Source: Eledone cirrhosa
Lineage: Eukaryota
Length of the DNA: 64,000 nucleotides
Assembly: GCA_964016885.1 (NCBI GenBank)
Contig: OZ024740.1
Coordinates: 239,320,001-239,384,000 of the forward strand
Direction of reading: 5' to 3'
Below, piece after piece: positions 61,555-64,000 of the stretch. Positions within the stretch are counted from its first letter, which is position 1. Each line of letters begins with the position of its first letter. Below the pieces are notes generated by a model. That model ran no database searches, was not told the DNA's origin, and saw only the letters and a list, made by a program, of their open reading frames with translations. Position numbers and translations under genes: made by a program.

Positions 61555-61589
61555 GCTGATACACACACATGTATATCATCAGCATAGTG

Positions 61590-62165
61590 ACCATACTACC
61601 CATTAGGATATAGTGTTGGGCTATGATACGAAAATGTTTTATACAGTTTATGTTTAAAAGCTGAAATTTCGCAGATGTTTTGTTTAAGATTCGTTCGTTG
61701 GGGAAAAGGATTTCCAGGCCTTCAGTGGCACAACAATCACATGATTCTTTTAAAATTTCCATTAGAGAATTCAGCTTTAGCTAAGATCTGCCAGTGTAAA
61801 CCTATATCGGCTGTTATTGTCGTTTAGACACCAGATATAGGCGGAAAGTGAACTAACATTCCTTCTTAAAAGGTTCTGAAATGAATGAATGTGTATGTAC
61901 GACGCTGCTTAAATCTATTGACAGTTAACCCTATGTAAGCCTTAGTAGTGGGTGTATCAACCTTACATTTCTAAACTATATTGCTTGATAGGCATTTCCC
62001 AGCTAGAGGGCAGTAGTCTCTATTAATGCAATTGCAAGTAGAACTAACTTCAAGATTGTTTATATTACTACGGCTAGGTAATTTCCCGAAGTTAGATGCA
62101 GTGATCTTGTGTGCGAGGTTGAGAGTCGTGGAAGAGGATATTTTAACAGTGTTTCTATTAATATT
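61590..62165 (-). pseudogene. Penelope-like element 3' ORF remnant (Cys-rich linker plus GIY-YIG endonuclease)
   Basis: NRNTVKISSS...CNCINRDYCPLAGKCLSSNIV*KCKVDTPTTKAYIGLTVNRFKQR...LSAYIWCL...WQILAKA...[12 protein letters not shown]...ILNK, with stops and frameshifts. Confidence 0.85.
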
Positions 62166-62178
62166 ATACATATATATA

Positions 62179-62277
<99 letters not shown>

Positions 62278-62392
62278 GCTGATATGCAAATCTGACTGAT
62301 CGGTGGGTTTGCTAATATGCAATTCAGACCGATCAGTAACTGTATATTTTAGAAAATATATAGTTTCACTACCTCTGACAGATAAGCAGTAT

Positions 62393-62439
62393 ACTGTACT
62401 GATGAAGGGTAATCACCCAGAAACATTAGTGTCTGCCGT
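62393..62439 (+). ncRNA. Hammerhead ribozyme (family A element ~62278-62570)
   Basis: ACUGUA-CUGAUGA-A-GGGU aauc ACCC-A-GAA-ACA uuag UGU-C^-UGCCGU. Homologous to 5202-5251. Confidence 0.82.
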
Positions 62440-63210
62440 TCTGTTTACATGCCAGTACAAGAGCAAGAATGACGAGGTCATTCTACTGACATGGCTTAAA
62501 AAGAGGCTGTTTGCATAATTGCAAATGAATCGAATATTATTATTAATGTTCGAAAAACTCAGATTATATATATATATAGAAAAGGAAAAAAGATGAAATC
62601 GAAAATGCAACTGGAGTCTTTTTTTTTTTAAATATATATATTTATTTGGTTCCTTTACCGGGTTTGCAGTTCTTCTGCTTTTCAAAAGTAGAATTGAGAT
62701 GGAGGGTCTGTGCTTTTTCCCACATCTATATATATATAAAGCAACCATAACCACCACCATATCATCACATCCACCCCACATACTCTACACGCCAAGGCCA
62801 ACCAACCACTACCACACCACAGCCCATCTCATCCACTGACCGTCACCAACATCTCACCATCACACCCACCCCTATATACACTACAGGCCAGTACATCGTC
62901 TTGATCCTTCCCACCAATCAAAACAACTCATTTTGTCAAACTCTTGAAACTCTGACTTTACCACATAGCATGTATTTCATTTTCTTATAGCATTTTAAGT
63001 GGGTTCGTCGAGCTGCGGATTATTGAGTCGGGTAGGATCGATATAGATAGAACCTTGAGCTGATCAGTGGCGAAACGCGCGTCACCTATCAATAAATGCA
63101 ATGAAGGAATAATCAATCGTCCTTTTTATCCTTTCTATATATTCATATATATATATTTTTAATTATAATGTTGGTTAAAATTTTAAATATTTCAATTTAC
63201 TATGTTTCAG

Positions 63211-63423
63211 GTCCGGTATGAATTTGTCCGAATGCCAGGAGAGAAACCAGGTCACGCTATCTTGGAGGTCACCAAACAGTCAGGTGCTATTTTTATCGTT
63301 ACTGGATCCCGAGGAATGGGGAAAATAAGGAGGACCGTAATGGGTAGTGTCAGTGACTACATTTTACACCATTCACCTGTACCTGTATTGATATGCCGAC
63401 ACAAGGAGAGGGACAATCGTTGA
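63211..63423 (+). CDS. Universal stress protein (USP/UspA-like), last coding exon
   Basis: Acceptor tatgtttcAG, then VRYEFVRMPGEKPGHAILEVTKQSGAIFIVTGSRGMGKIRRTVMGSVSDYILHHSPVPVLICRHKERDNR*. Contains the USP ATP-binding motif G-x2-G-x9-GS and the typical GSVSDYxLHHxxxPVLI tail. Confidence 0.93.
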   Translation, partial: VRYEFVRMPGEKPGHAILEVTKQSGAIFIVTGSRGMGKIRRTVMGSVSDYILHHSPVPVLICRHKERDNR

Positions 63424-63494
63424 AAACTATGTAGCATGTAGGAGTTTAGGGGCAGACAGAATTCTTTTTGCTGACTAAGGAGTCTGTAACGAAT

Positions 63495-63535
<41 letters not shown>

Positions 63536-63550
63536 CATTCGTTACAGACT

Positions 63551-63600
<50 letters not shown>

Positions 63601-63931
63601 TATGTATATGTACATGTGTGGTTAAATGAATTGTTTAAATCGATAAATCACAATAATAAACATAAATTAAAAAAAAATATATATATATTTTATGTTCAGC
63701 GCTTGGGCAAAGATAAAAACCAGAATCTTGATATAGGTTATATGGCCAATAGATGAAAGATATAAAGTAATCTTTATATACCTTCACCCCGCTCCCTCAC
63801 ACTTGTAGCAATGCCTTCACTTCCTTTCATTGCTTTACATTCAAGACTATTATAAACCTTTTATTCATTTAGAAAAAAATATAAATACTCACTATTCCAC
63901 TAATGCTTTGAATTATACTTATTAATTATAT

Positions 63932-63965
<34 letters not shown>

Positions 63966-64000
63966 TGTATGTATGTATGTATGTATGTATGTATGTATGT

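Overview
AT-rich, microsatellite-saturated animal genomic DNA, most likely an octopod cephalopod (inferred from the SINE families and the repeat landscape). The only host gene I can support is a universal stress protein (USP). It has two plus-strand exons (37589-37680 and 63211-63423) joined in phase across a ~25.5 kb intron; I could not find its 5' exon(s). The rest is mobile DNA: many tRNA-derived SINEs, a stack of 5'-truncated R4/Dong-like RLE LINEs inside (TACA)n tracts, an internally deleted Tc1/mariner element, hAT and mariner MITEs, and a decayed Penelope GIY-YIG ORF. The most striking signal is non-coding. Most unique-looking islands between (TA)n tracts belong to more than 10 families of short elements. 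Many of them carry a type I hammerhead ribozyme (about 20 complete or near-complete motifs, with palindromic stem III and covarying stems). Many are arranged as circularly permuted head-to-tail 1.x-mers with fold-back inversions. This fits a diverse set of (TA)n-targeting Penelope pLTR or retrozyme-like non-autonomous retroelements. Nearly all ORFs in the supplied track are microsatellite artefacts. All motif calls and coordinates were made by eye.
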